Below, one piece after another: positions 9,120 through 19,534 of a DNA stretch of 64,000 nucleotides; position 1 is the first letter of the stretch, and the number at the start of each line of letters is the position of its first letter. Made by a program: the position numbers and the translations under genes. The notes under the pieces were generated by a model. It was not told the DNA's origin and ran no database searches. It saw nothing but the letters and a program-made list of their open reading frames with translations. The stretch lies in IMG/VR virus record IMGVR_UViG_3300008255_004085; one strand, given 5' to 3'. The DNA comes from an uncultured virus (IMG/VR IMGVR_UViG_3300008255_004085) (Duplodnaviria > Heunggongvirae > Uroviricota > Caudoviricetes).

Positions 9120-11333
9120 TTAGATCCGTTTCAATCTATCTGTCAAAAAAGTATACCTCAATTCGTCTTGGTCATTAACTATAGCTTGATTTAATGCTCC
9201 CATTTGACCTACGATTACACACATCTCCTGCGCCCTTGTCAATCCAGTGTAATAAACTTTTCTTCTCAACATTCTACCAAAAGAATTATGAGCCAAAAGA
9301 ATTATAACTGGACATTCACCCCCCTGTGCTTTGTGAATAGTCATTACATACGCCAATTCTAATTCATCTAAATCTGTTTTTTTATAAAGAACAGTTTCTT
9401 CTTCTTTGTTCTCATCATTATCTGGAAAATAAACTTCTATAACTTCGTCATCTTCATAAACATCAACAACCTGACCTATATCACCATTAAAAACATTTTT
9501 ATTATAATTGTTAACTGTTTGAATAACTTTATCTCCCATCCTAAATTCAATTGGGCCATAATATGTTTGGCAAACTATTTTTGGAGAATTACTTTTGATC
9601 GGATTCATAAAATCTTGAAAAATATTATTCAAAGAGTTACATCCTAAATCCCATCTTCTCATTGGGCTGAGAATTTGGATATCATCTTTTGAATATCCCC
9701 TAGAAGGAAGAAAATCAGAAATTAGATATTCAACTGTTTTTCTTAAATCTTCTTTCTCATTTTTACCTATAAACAACATATCTTGATCTGAATACATTTT
9801 TGGCCTTGGAATTGTCATCTCTTGGCCAGAGTTAATTTGATATGCGTTTTTAATAATTAAAGAATCTTGTGATTGTCTAAATATTTGAGTTAATCTAAAA
9901 GTAGGTATTTTTTGGCTTTTAATAAAATCACGAAGAACCTGTCCTGGTCCAACACTAGGTAATTGATCTGCGTCTCCGACAAAAATAATCCGAGTGCCCA
10001 ACCCTGTTGAAAGGAGAAGGTTGTACATCAACAACAAATCAACCATTGAAACCTCATCAACAATCAAAACATCAGTGCTAATATAATTTTGTGCTCTTAC
10101 AAAATTATCATCATCTGTTGGTTTTAAATTGATGGTTCTATGAATCGTTCTAGCAAGTTTCCCTGTTAATTCAGAAAGCCTCTTGGCTGCTCGTCCGGTA
10201 GGAGAACAAAGAGTATAAGTCATTCCAGCAGCATCAAAAATTCCAACAAGAGCCCTAACTAATGAACTTTTCCCGACACCAGGGCCGCCAGTTAAAATAC
10301 TAACACTATTAGAAAGTATTAATCTAATTGCTTCAATTTGTTCATCTGAATAATCTATATTGAAATCTAATTGTTTTAAATCATAGATTGGTAACTCTCT
10401 TTTTATATTAACTCTTTCAACTATGTTATCAGCAACATAGTTTTCTGCATTAAAAACATAAGAAATATATATTTTTTCATCTTCTTTAATAACTAATCCA
10501 CTGATAATCAAATCTTCCAAAGACTTGTTGATATCCTCATCTGTTAAAAAAATAGGTTCTGTTGTTTTTGAGATTATTTCAGTTGCATAAGGTAGAACTG
10601 ATTTTAAAGGAGTAAAACAATGTCCTTCTCTTAAAAATTCATTTAATGTATAATAAACTAAAGCATTTTTTCTTCTTAAATCATTTGTCTCAATTCCCAT
10701 GTTTAAAGCTATAATATCTGCTATTTGAAAAGAAATTCCTCTAATTAGACAAAGGCTATATGGGTCTTTATTTATTTTATCAATAGCTAATTTCCCAAAT
10801 TTGTTAAATATCCTAAAAGCTTGTGAAATATTTATTCCATATTGTTGAAGTGCAATAACGATCTTGCTAACATATCTTGTTTCTTCCCAAGAGGAGATTA
10901 TTTTATCTAATGTTGTTTGACCTATTCTTGGAATTTCTAAAAGTCTTTGTGGCTCCTCGTCTAAAATTCTAAGTGTTTCATTCCCAAACTTTTTAACGAT
11001 ATCATTGGCGAATTTTTTACCAATCCCACCAAGACATCTCCTCATATATTCTTCTATTGCTTGAACATTTTGGAAACCAACTTCTTCATAAAATTTTACT
11101 GTAAATTGCCATCCATATTTTTCATTTTTTTCAAATTTTCCAGATATCTTTATAATCAATCCAACGGCCATAAATGTAAAACTTCCAACAACATTAAATC
11201 TTTTATTTTTACCATCTATAGCCGAAAAGACAGAATATCCATTGCTGTTGTTTCTGTATTTTATATATTCTACTGTTACCGTTGTTTCAAGATTTGTTTT
11301 ATCTATAGAATCAAAAGAATCACTAACACTCAT
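9120..11333 (-). CDS. recD2: RecD2-type SF1B helicase
   Basis: N-terminal OB/HhH region, TGGPGVGKS, DEVSM, GDADQLPSVG, FRQ and HKAQG. Confidence 0.93.
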   Translation of the reverse strand: MSVSDSFDSIDKTNLETTVTVEYIKYRNNSNGYSVFSAIDGKNKRFNVVGSFTFMAVGLIIKISGKFEKNEKYGWQFTVKFYEEVGFQNVQAIEEYMRRCLGGIGKKFANDIVKKFGNETLRILDEEPQRLLEIPRIGQTTLDKIISSWEETRYVSKIVIALQQYGINISQAFRIFNKFGKLAIDKINKDPYSLCLIRGISFQIADIIALNMGIETNDLRRKNALVYYTLNEFLREGHCFTPLKSVLPYATEIISKTTEPIFLTDEDINKSLEDLIISGLVIKEDEKIYISYVFNAENYVADNIVERVNIKRELPIYDLKQLDFNIDYSDEQIEAIRLILSNSVSILTGGPGVGKSSLVRALVGIFDAAGMTYTLCSPTGRAAKRLSELTGKLARTIHRTINLKPTDDDNFVRAQNYISTDVLIVDEVSMVDLLLMYNLLLSTGLGTRIIFVGDADQLPSVGPGQVLRDFIKSQKIPTFRLTQIFRQSQDSLIIKNAYQINSGQEMTIPRPKMYSDQDMLFIGKNEKEDLRKTVEYLISDFLPSRGYSKDDIQILSPMRRWDLGCNSLNNIFQDFMNPIKSNSPKIVCQTYYGPIEFRMGDKVIQTVNNYNKNVFNGDIGQVVDVYEDDEVIEVYFPDNDENKEEETVLYKKTDLDELELAYVMTIHKAQGGECPVIILLAHNSFGRMLRRKVYYTGLTRAQEMCVIVGQMGALNQAIVNDQDELRYTFLTDRLKRI

Positions 11334-13786
11334 TAAATTCTCCTAACATTTTTTACACCATTGCTCATTTCTCCATCAAAGATTATATCTCCCTCGTGAA
11401 GTTTCCCCCTCAACAAAACATTCTCTGCAAGGATGTTCACAATTGAATTATCTTTTAAGGTAATAACTAATTTATCTTTTTCATTTGTGGTCACAGAGGT
11501 AGCAACTACTTTATGACCTTTTTTAATTATCGGAGTCCCCTTTCCACCCTTGTTCGCTGCTGTTGAGATATCTTCTGATTTTATTCTTTTGCCAAAAGTA
11601 GCTAAACCATGTTTCCTTTTTGAAATTGTATCTTCAGAAAATATCAATACCTGATCTTGATTCCCACTAGAAACTTTCTCGAACGAAACAGGAGAACCAG
11701 CTTTTGCTGAAAAAGCATTAACGCCTTGAGTCATTCTTCCTGTATCTGAAATACAATCTGAAGAAAACCTAGAGGCATATCCATTATTTGAAATAATTAA
11801 ATAATCATTTTTGTCTTCTTCTTCAAATAGCGCAAATAAAACTATATCATTAGCACCTAGTTTGATTGCTGGATTTGGTTTTCTTGTTATTAAATCATAA
11901 TTAGAAATGTTTGTTTTCTTTAACTTCCCAGATTTTGTCAATAAAGTTAAGAATCTTTTATCTTTTTCTGAAACAATAAAATAATCTAAAATTTTATCAT
12001 CTTTATCAAGAGAAAACAATTTTTCTCCATAGCTTCTTCTTGTCAATAATTCAAAAGAATGAAGTTTTGCAGATACATATTTACCTTGTTCTGTGATTGC
12101 CATTAGATAGTCTGTATTTTTACAATCAATCATTTTTACTACAGATTGTTTTTCCTTATCCGAAAGACCTCCAGAAAATCTAGGGACAATTTTTCCTGTC
12201 ATATCATTATTTATCAAAATACAAATTTTTGTTTCTTTAATTAAATCTTCTACTTGAATTTCTTTTGGACCACCATTTATAATAACAGTTTTTCTATCAT
12301 CTCCACATTTTTCTATTATTTCATCTAATTCTAAATTAATTATATCATTTATTTTTGATGGGTTGGACAAAATCGATTCTAGATCTTTTATATTTTTAAG
12401 GATATTTTTATAATCTTCTTTTATTTTACTTTCTTCCATTGAGGAAAGTCTTCGAAGTTTAATTTCTAGAATATCTTCAGCTTGTTTTTGTGATATTTTT
12501 AATAGATCACACAATTTAGTCTTAACAGTTTGAACATCGAATTTCTTATTTCTGATTATTTTAATAACTTCATCAATATTTATCAAAGCAGCCAAATAAG
12601 CCTCAAGAGTTTCACAAACTTCCTTTGCTTTTTTTAATTCAAACTCACATCTTTTAAAAACAACTTCACGCCTATGACTAATGTAAGCAAAGATTATGTC
12701 AAAGATTGAAGCTTGTTGAGGTTTACTATCAAAAAGCACTGTTTGATTAACATTGAAATTGATTCTTAATTTTGTTTTTTTATACAATTCCTCTAGAACA
12801 AGGTTCGGATTAGAGGTTGATTTTAAATCAATAACAATTTGAATACCTTTTTCGTTATCAGAATAGTCATGAATATCAACTATTTCTTTTTCAAAAAGAT
12901 CACTTTTTTCATCTTTGATTAGATCAACTATTTCAGAAATCAATCCTGAAATCTTTTTACTTCCCGAACTACCATCGCTTGCCCCGACTTGATAGGGAAG
13001 TTCTGTAATTATGATTGTTGGGTTGTTGCCGCTATTGTCGATAGTAGCTTTGCCTTGAATTACTACTTTCCCACGGCCAGTTGTGTAATATTCTTTAACA
13101 CCATCCCCAGAAAAACAAATCCCACCAGATGGCCAATCTGGTCCTGGCATGATATTAATTAAATCATCAACAGTTGCCTTGGGGTTTTTGATGAAAAGCT
13201 TTATTGCATTGCAAACTTCTGTTGGATTATGACAAGGAGAACAAGAAGCCATCCCGACAGCAATCCCGCTATCCCCATTAATCAAAATATGTGGGAATTT
13301 TGAAGCAAGAAATTTAGGTTCTATTAATCTTTGATCGTAATTAGGCTCAAATAGAACAATTTGTTCAATTGTATCTTCAAGCATCAATTCTGCTGCAACA
13401 GAAAGTTTTCCTTCGATGTATCTAGCCGCTGCCGCAGGGTCTTTATCTCTACTTCCCCAATTCCCTTGAGCAATCATTAATGGGACACGCATCGTAAAAT
13501 CTTGGCCCAATCTAACTAATGCGTCTTCGACTGCTTTTTGCCCATGCGGGTGAAAATCCCCCAAAACACTTCCTGAAATGCTGGCGACTTTCCTAAAAGG
13601 CCCATTTGAAAAAATTCTTTCAACATTCATTGACCAAAGAATTCTTCTTTGAACTGGCTTTAACCCATCTCTACTTGAAACTAATGCTCTGTCCTGAATT
13701 ACTTCAAGAGCATAAGGGACATAACTATCACGCAACATTTCAACAAGATCAATCGTTTCAATTGTAGCGTTTTGTTTTTCACTCAT
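11333..13786 (-). CDS. gyrA: Type IIA topoisomerase subunit A (GyrA/ParC)
   Basis: DGLKPVQRRIL, HPHG, AAARY catalytic Tyr, GIAVGMA and pinwheel-like C-terminal repeats. Confidence 0.93.
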   Translation of the reverse strand: MSEKQNATIETIDLVEMLRDSYVPYALEVIQDRALVSSRDGLKPVQRRILWSMNVERIFSNGPFRKVASISGSVLGDFHPHGQKAVEDALVRLGQDFTMRVPLMIAQGNWGSRDKDPAAAARYIEGKLSVAAELMLEDTIEQIVLFEPNYDQRLIEPKFLASKFPHILINGDSGIAVGMASCSPCHNPTEVCNAIKLFIKNPKATVDDLINIMPGPDWPSGGICFSGDGVKEYYTTGRGKVVIQGKATIDNSGNNPTIIITELPYQVGASDGSSGSKKISGLISEIVDLIKDEKSDLFEKEIVDIHDYSDNEKGIQIVIDLKSTSNPNLVLEELYKKTKLRINFNVNQTVLFDSKPQQASIFDIIFAYISHRREVVFKRCEFELKKAKEVCETLEAYLAALINIDEVIKIIRNKKFDVQTVKTKLCDLLKISQKQAEDILEIKLRRLSSMEESKIKEDYKNILKNIKDLESILSNPSKINDIINLELDEIIEKCGDDRKTVIINGGPKEIQVEDLIKETKICILINNDMTGKIVPRFSGGLSDKEKQSVVKMIDCKNTDYLMAITEQGKYVSAKLHSFELLTRRSYGEKLFSLDKDDKILDYFIVSEKDKRFLTLLTKSGKLKKTNISNYDLITRKPNPAIKLGANDIVLFALFEEEDKNDYLIISNNGYASRFSSDCISDTGRMTQGVNAFSAKAGSPVSFEKVSSGNQDQVLIFSEDTISKRKHGLATFGKRIKSEDISTAANKGGKGTPIIKKGHKVVATSVTTNEKDKLVITLKDNSIVNILAENVLLRGKLHEGDIIFDGEMSNGVKNVRRI

Positions 13787-13798
13787 TTGTCTTCCTTC

Positions 13799-14488
13799 TC
13801 AAAAAATTAAATCATCAGCAAAATCAAAGATTGGTTTTTTAGATGTCTTCAAAAAAAATTCTTCTTCTGAAAGCTCGTTCCCGTTGATCCACCATTCTTT
13901 TGAGCCATTAGGCCATTCTCTGGCTGGCCCATCAAGTCGATGAAGTTTGCCATTGATGAACCAATGCTTTGATCTATTGACTAATTCAATAGCTGGCCCA
14001 TCAAGGCGGTGAAGCTGGCCATTGATCCGCCATTCTTTTGAGCCGTCGGCTCTTTCAATAGCTGGGCCATCAAGGCGGTGAAGCTGGCCATTTTGAAACC
14101 ATTCTTTTGCCCCATCGGATCTTTCAATTGCTGGGCCATCAAGGCGATGAGGTTGGCCATTTTGAAACCATTGTTTTGAGCCATCGGCATTTTCAATTGC
14201 TGGTCCATCAATGCGATGGCGTTGACCGTTTTGCCACCAAAATTTTGAGCCATCGGCCCATTCTCTTGCTGGGCCATCAAGGCGATGAAGTTTGCCGTTG
14301 ATCCACCATTCTTTTGAACCATTGGCAAATTCTTTTGCTGGCCCATCTGTTCGATGAAGTTTGCCGTTGATGAACCATTCTTTTGAGCCATTAGCTCTTT
14401 CAACAGCAGGCCCATCTTCCCTGTGAAGCGATAACAATCTTATCCAAATTTTATCGCCTTTTTTATTTGTGAAAGCTTCTGCACTCAT
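13799..14488 (-). CDS. Repeat protein with 8 x 23-aa LHRxDGPA.E..xGSKxW..NG units
   Basis: 69-nt periodicity over ~13881-14432; ATGA overlap with the gyrB stop. Confidence 0.9.
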   Translation of the reverse strand: MSAEAFTNKKGDKIWIRLLSLHREDGPAVERANGSKEWFINGKLHRTDGPAKEFANGSKEWWINGKLHRLDGPAREWADGSKFWWQNGQRHRIDGPAIENADGSKQWFQNGQPHRLDGPAIERSDGAKEWFQNGQLHRLDGPAIERADGSKEWRINGQLHRLDGPAIELVNRSKHWFINGKLHRLDGPAREWPNGSKEWWINGNELSEEEFFLKTSKKPIFDFADDLIF

Positions 14489-16455
14489 AGAATCAAATTA
14501 TCCAAGGTTCCTATATCGCTATGTTCTATGATATAATTCTTTCTGGATTCAACATTTGAACCCATTAAAGTCCTCATCAGTTTATCGGCCGCTGCGATAT
14601 GTTCTGTTTCTATTTTAACAATTCTTCTTGTTAAAGGGCTAATCACTGTTTCTTTTAATTCTGGGACATTCATTTCACCCAGGCCCTTGAACCGTGTCAC
14701 CTTTGCCCTACTTCCATATTGTTTAATAGCTTCCGTTAATTCATCATTAGAATAACAATATTTCTTTGATCTTGGACCAACAACCATAAACAATGGAGGT
14801 TGTGCAATATAAATGTTCCCGTTCTCAATTAATGGCCTCATCCATCTAAAGAAGAAATTTGCGAGTAAACATCTGATGTGAAAACCATCGATGTCTCCAT
14901 CTGTAGCTATGATAACCTTTCCATATCTGAGTTTCCCTAGATTAAAGTTTTCATCTTCTTCTGTATTAAAATCAATAATTCCACAACCAAGCGCAGAAAT
15001 AATTCCAGAAAGTTCCTCATTGCCAAGAATTTTTGTAATTGAATGTCTTTCTGTGTTCAAACTTTTACCTTTAAGCGGAAAGACAGCTTGAAAACTAGAA
15101 TCTCTACCTTGTTTTGCTGGCCCAGCAGCAGAATCTCCCTCAACAATGAAAATCTCTCTCTTTGAAGCCACAGTGTTCTTGTCACAATCAACAAGTTTTC
15201 CAGGGAGTGTTGTTCTATTGATGCCTCTTTTTTTCCTAAAAAGTTCGGCTTGTTTTTTAGCTGCTTCTCTTGATTTTTTAGCAATTATTGCATTTTCTAT
15301 AACTCTTTTTGCAAAAATAGAATTACTTTTTAGAATATCTGGAAGCTGTTTTAGAACCACATCGGAGACAGATGAAACAACCTCAGAATTAGTTAATTTC
15401 CCCTTTGTTTGACTATCAAATTGTGGCTCTGCTATTTTTATTGAAACAATAGATGTCAAACCATTCCTTAAATCAGATCCATCAATTCCACCATCCTGAA
15501 TGTTATTATCTTTTGCAAAATTGTTTAAGGTCTTGTGAAAACCATTCCTAAATCCAGTAACATGAACACCACCACTTGAGGTTCGGATGTTGTTACAAAA
15601 AGAGATGCTCGTTTCTGTGTCTTCTTCTGAATATTGGAAGACAATATCAACAAGGACACCATTTGATTCACCAGAGATTTGAATTGGATTTGCTGGGAAA
15701 GAATTTGACATATCATCATTGAGATAGATGATATAGTCAGAAAGACCATTGGAATTCAAAAACTCAACTTGTTTGTCTTCTTTTTTTCTTTTATCAATAA
15801 AAACCATTTTTACATTTGGGCAAAGGAAAGAAAGCTCTCTTAATCTATCTGCTATTTCATCAAAATCAAATCTAATTTTTTGAGTGAAGATTTCAGAATC
15901 AAGAGAAAACCGAACTGTTGTTCCAGATGGCTCGTCTTTTTTAAGCTGTTTGGTTGATATTTCACCGACTGGTTTACCTTTTGAATAAACACGATGGTAA
16001 CCAACCCCTTCACGCCTAACCCAAACTTCCATTTTTTCAGAGACTGCATTAACACAGGAAATCCCGACTCCATGCAACCCTCCAGATGTTTTATATGCAG
16101 ATCCTGATTTTTTAAATTTACCACCAGCATGTAACTTTGTCATTACAACATCAAGAGTTGAAATGTTTAAAATTGGGTGGATGCCGCAAGGAATGCCACG
16201 GCCAAGATCAGAGACAGTAATTACATCTATATCATTTTCTCGCTCAACAATAACTCTTATTTCATCACCAAAACCAGAAATAGCCTCATCAATTGAATTG
16301 TCAATGGCTTCGATCAAGCAATGATGAATGCCGTGCCTATCTATTCCACCAATAAACATAGAAGGTCGTTGGCGAACTGCCTCAAGACCCTCTAATGCTT
16401 CAATTGATCCTTCATCATAAGACGAAGACATAATATCATTCTTTGTGTTTGCCAT
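14485..16455 (-). CDS. gyrB: Type IIA topoisomerase subunit B (GyrB/ParE); probable ATG start at 16455
   Basis: EAIDNSIDE, LHAGGKF, GGLHGVG, EGDSA, PLKGK, DGDIDG and RFKGLGEM. Confidence 0.95.
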   Translation of the reverse strand: MANTKNDIMSSSYDEGSIEALEGLEAVRQRPSMFIGGIDRHGIHHCLIEAIDNSIDEAISGFGDEIRVIVERENDIDVITVSDLGRGIPCGIHPILNISTLDVVMTKLHAGGKFKKSGSAYKTSGGLHGVGISCVNAVSEKMEVWVRREGVGYHRVYSKGKPVGEISTKQLKKDEPSGTTVRFSLDSEIFTQKIRFDFDEIADRLRELSFLCPNVKMVFIDKRKKEDKQVEFLNSNGLSDYIIYLNDDMSNSFPANPIQISGESNGVLVDIVFQYSEEDTETSISFCNNIRTSSGGVHVTGFRNGFHKTLNNFAKDNNIQDGGIDGSDLRNGLTSIVSIKIAEPQFDSQTKGKLTNSEVVSSVSDVVLKQLPDILKSNSIFAKRVIENAIIAKKSREAAKKQAELFRKKRGINRTTLPGKLVDCDKNTVASKREIFIVEGDSAAGPAKQGRDSSFQAVFPLKGKSLNTERHSITKILGNEELSGIISALGCGIIDFNTEEDENFNLGKLRYGKVIIATDGDIDGFHIRCLLANFFFRWMRPLIENGNIYIAQPPLFMVVGPRSKKYCYSNDELTEAIKQYGSRAKVTRFKGLGEMNVPELKETVISPLTRRIVKIETEHIAAADKLMRTLMGSNVESRKNYIIEHSDIGTLDNLIL

Positions 16456-16562
16456 GTAAAAATAGATTCCTTTGAACGTTCGGACGCCACAGACCAGATG
16501 CGTTAGTATACGCCAAAACGAGGATAAATTATTTTGGAACAAAAATTAATTAAAAATGATTT

Positions 16563-17297
16563 TTAAGATTTTAAATCATTAATTATTATGGATAGATCTT
16601 CTGCAAAATCAATTTCATCTTCTGATAAAAATATTTCTCTTATTTTTTCGGCTTTTTTAATCATGTCTATTTTTGAGGAAGCCATTTCTCCTATACCGCC
16701 GACACCTCCCATATCTGGGGGTGGCATAGGGGGTGCCCCACCGCCGTCACCAAGGCCACCAAATAGGCCACCCATGCCGCCACCCGGAGCGCCACCCGGA
16801 GCGCCCCCCTGTGCTCCTCCTGAACCAATTTCTTTAACTACAGACAAAGACATTTGTTTTAGGAATTCCCCTATTTCTTCTTTTGAGGTTATCTCTGTAA
16901 TTGTTTTGCCTTTAGGCAGTCTTTCCCATTTTCTTTCTTCGTTTAATTCTCTCTCTTTTTTTACGTCTAATATTTTTCTCTTTGCATCTTGTGGGACACG
17001 TTCTCCTATTGCAAATGATTTTGCTTTGCCGTTTGGTAAACCACCATAATCTTCCCATATTTTGCTTATAATTTCATCAATCTTTCGTGGGGAAATCAAT
17101 AATTTTTTAATTCCAGCGTCCACTAGAATCTTTTCTGGTGTATCCAGAGGCCCGAGCACAATTCTTGGTTGATTTATATCTTCGTCATCTTTTGGTTGAA
17201 CATTTCCTTGTTGCGGAACAGCAGGTGGCATTGGTGGTAGCATCCCGCCTAATGGTGGAAGTTGTGAAAGTTTTGTGAAAGTTTTCTTTGAACCCAT
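16563..17297 (-). CDS. Pro/Gly-rich hypothetical protein, possibly virion-associated
   Basis: N-terminal KKTFTKLSQ; GGAP low-complexity tract. Confidence 0.75.
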   Translation of the reverse strand: MGSKKTFTKLSQLPPLGGMLPPMPPAVPQQGNVQPKDDEDINQPRIVLGPLDTPEKILVDAGIKKLLISPRKIDEIISKIWEDYGGLPNGKAKSFAIGERVPQDAKRKILDVKKERELNEERKWERLPKGKTITEITSKEEIGEFLKQMSLSVVKEIGSGGAQGGAPGGAPGGGMGGLFGGLGDGGGAPPMPPPDMGGVGGIGEMASSKIDMIKKAEKIREIFLSEDEIDFAEDLSIIINDLKS

Positions 17298-17361
17298 TTT
17301 TATTTCCCTCTTTTGATAAATTAGACAAAATCAAAGATTTTCCTCTTTTTAGGATTCGAAT

Positions 17362-17811
17362 TCATTTAAGCATTGAAAGTCTACCATAAGTATCTGGATT
17401 ATAATCTATAAAACTGTAACCATTTATAGTTTTTTCATAAATCTTGCATTCAATTTGAAATTCTGAAAATTTATTAATCCATTCAAAAACTATTCTAAAT
17501 CTTGTGGATATCCCAGGGCCTACCAAACACAACCTCACTTCAGCCCCTTCATGTGTTGAACAAGAGATATAATAACATAATGCTTGTGAAATATCTTTAT
17601 GATTTAATTCTTTTGCTTTTAATTCAACAATTAGGATTTTATCATTTTCATCGACACCTTTGAGGTCAATAATCCCAATTTTCTCACTATGCCAATAAGA
17701 AATTTTTTGATTCCCAATCCATTTAATACCCGATTCAAAATTTTCTGGATTTTCAAGAATCCAATGTTCTAATTGACTTTCTTCATTCTTCTTCGTCTTG
17801 ATATCGTTCAT
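17362..17811 (-). CDS. NucS/DUF91-like PD-(D/E)xK nuclease domain
   Basis: ESQLEHWI..NP, IDL.G.D, IVELK and QAL.Y. Confidence 0.7.
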   Translation of the reverse strand: MNDIKTKKNEESQLEHWILENPENFESGIKWIGNQKISYWHSEKIGIIDLKGVDENDKILIVELKAKELNHKDISQALCYYISCSTHEGAEVRLCLVGPGISTRFRIVFEWINKFSEFQIECKIYEKTINGYSFIDYNPDTYGRLSMLK

Positions 17812-18097
17812 TATAACAACTTTCACAAAATGGAGCACTTATTGATTTAAAATATTGATAACTATGAGAAAAATTTATATGTTGATTTAACTCTTTGATC
17901 AATCTAGAATTGTAATCCTTCCCCAAGTCCATTAAAATAATTTGATCTAATCTTTTTTTAGCTTCATTGATAGTTAAAAGATTTGAATACTCTAAATGAT
18001 CTGAACAGAAGACATAACCACAAATAAAACATACATCATCTATTTCATCTTCTTCTATTTTATTTGAGCAAAAAGACTGCGAACATTTTTTTTTCAT
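17783..18097 (-). CDS. Zn-finger protein
   Basis: C-x4-C, CFICG, FCSDH and CESC. Confidence 0.65.
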   Translation of the reverse strand: MKKKCSQSFCSNKIEEDEIDDVCFICGYVFCSDHLEYSNLLTINEAKKRLDQIILMDLGKDYNSRLIKELNQHINFSHSYQYFKSISAPFCESCYNERYQDEEE

Positions 18098-18106
18098 ATT
18101 TTCTCC

Positions 18107-18820
18107 CTATTTAGAATATTTTGTTGATATATGTGGTTTAAAATCTTTAGTATCAATTGTTAATATAAATTTGAAGTTAAAATTATTAACTTTACATTTA
18201 TATCCTATATTAAAACTCTTAATTTTTGTAATTCCAGTTGAAGAATCGCTAACTGCTCTTTTAAAATGGATTAAATCTCCACCATCTCCATATTTTTTTA
18301 ATGAAAATGAGATTGGCATATGTGAATCTTCTTGATTTACAGATTCTGGAATTGCTAATGAAACTCTTGTTCCATTGATAATAATTTCTCCAGTAAACAA
18401 ATCAATAGCATAATTTTCGTCTCTAGGGATATTATACAGCCCAAAATATCTCATATTTCTTGATGGGAGAAGATTGAATGGGACTGTTTCAGATCCATTT
18501 TTTTCAAATTCAAATATTTGGTTTTTATTATCTAGATTATAAAAAATTGCCTCATTTTTTATATTTTCTTTTAATTCTTCATAACAATAATGTGCTGTGT
18601 TGCATGTAAAAACTCTTTCAATCCCATCATCATCTTTTTTGATGATGTTATTTCTACAAATAGGAATGTTATCATTTTCTAGGAGCTTCATGTAACTTCC
18701 ACATTTTTTACATTTAGGAATAATTAATTGATTTATTTCATAATATTTTGCGAACCAAATACAGTGATATTCTGTCTCCCAAATCTCTTTGTCTTCTAAA
18801 TCTCCATCATTCTGCATCAT
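18107..18820 (-). CDS. hypothetical protein with CxxC
   Basis: 237-aa ORF containing CKKCG. Confidence 0.65.
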   Translation of the reverse strand: MMQNDGDLEDKEIWETEYHCIWFAKYYEINQLIIPKCKKCGSYMKLLENDNIPICRNNIIKKDDDGIERVFTCNTAHYCYEELKENIKNEAIFYNLDNKNQIFEFEKNGSETVPFNLLPSRNMRYFGLYNIPRDENYAIDLFTGEIIINGTRVSLAIPESVNQEDSHMPISFSLKKYGDGGDLIHFKRAVSDSSTGITKIKSFNIGYKCKVNNFNFKFILTIDTKDFKPHISTKYSK

Positions 18821-18830
18821 ATTGTTTCCC

Positions 18831-19532
18831 CTATTCCTCTTTAAGATATGGTCTAATTTTATTTAAAGTTGAAACAAACTCTGACCTTTTTTCTTGTGGA
18901 ATCAAAGGTGCCCATTTTGAATATAGTGTTCTATACAATGAAATTTGTTCTGATTCTGCGATATCAACAACATTAGGATTTTTTCTAACTTCTGAAATAA
19001 ATTTTGTTAAATCAAATTTTTCCCCAGGGCAAGTTTTGAAAGCCCCAGGAACTTCTCTATGCCCAATAATCAAAGCATTGGGATATTCACCTAAAAGATA
19101 CCTGAAAAGTTTAACTGCCCCATCCCATTGAACTTTTGGGACTTCGTTCACATCAAAATTCCCAGGGAGAACAACTCCAATTGCATTGTCATTGATTGGC
19201 CTCTTAAAACCTTGTTTGTTTAAAGGATGATTCGGCCATTCTTTTTTCCAATTCCTAGTTGTTGTACCAATGTGATAAGTGCAAAGTTCTTCTTCATTTA
19301 AAAGATAAGCAACACCATCATCGTCGTTGACACCGTAGTGATAAGCGATTCCAGGCCAATTTAAATCATTTACATGATAATTTGAATAAGCGATAAAATC
19401 CTTCGTACCAGGGAACGTTGGGGTTGCAGAATGATGGACAACTAAATAAAGAACTGTTAATTTTCTTTTTGAATATTTTTTAGTTTTATGTTTAGTTAAT
19501 TCATTCCTCAAATCTTTAATATCTAAACTCAT
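18831..19532 (-). CDS. N-acetylmuramoyl-L-alanine amidase (Amidase_2/PGRP-like)
   Basis: VVHHSA, WPGIAYHY, IGV...GNF, IIGHREV and TCPG. Confidence 0.9.
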   Translation of the reverse strand: MSLDIKDLRNELTKHKTKKYSKRKLTVLYLVVHHSATPTFPGTKDFIAYSNYHVNDLNWPGIAYHYGVNDDDGVAYLLNEEELCTYHIGTTTRNWKKEWPNHPLNKQGFKRPINDNAIGVVLPGNFDVNEVPKVQWDGAVKLFRYLLGEYPNALIIGHREVPGAFKTCPGEKFDLTKFISEVRKNPNVVDIAESEQISLYRTLYSKWAPLIPQEKRSEFVSTLNKIRPYLKEE

Positions 19533-19534
19533 TT

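Noticed and set aside
13981..14415. 144-aa alternative-frame ORF (MAQKNGG repeats)
   Set aside because: Shadow frame of the repeat gene.
13881..14432. Diversity-generating retroelement TR/VR pair
   Set aside because: Differences between repeats are not adenine-specific, and there is no reverse transcriptase in the window.
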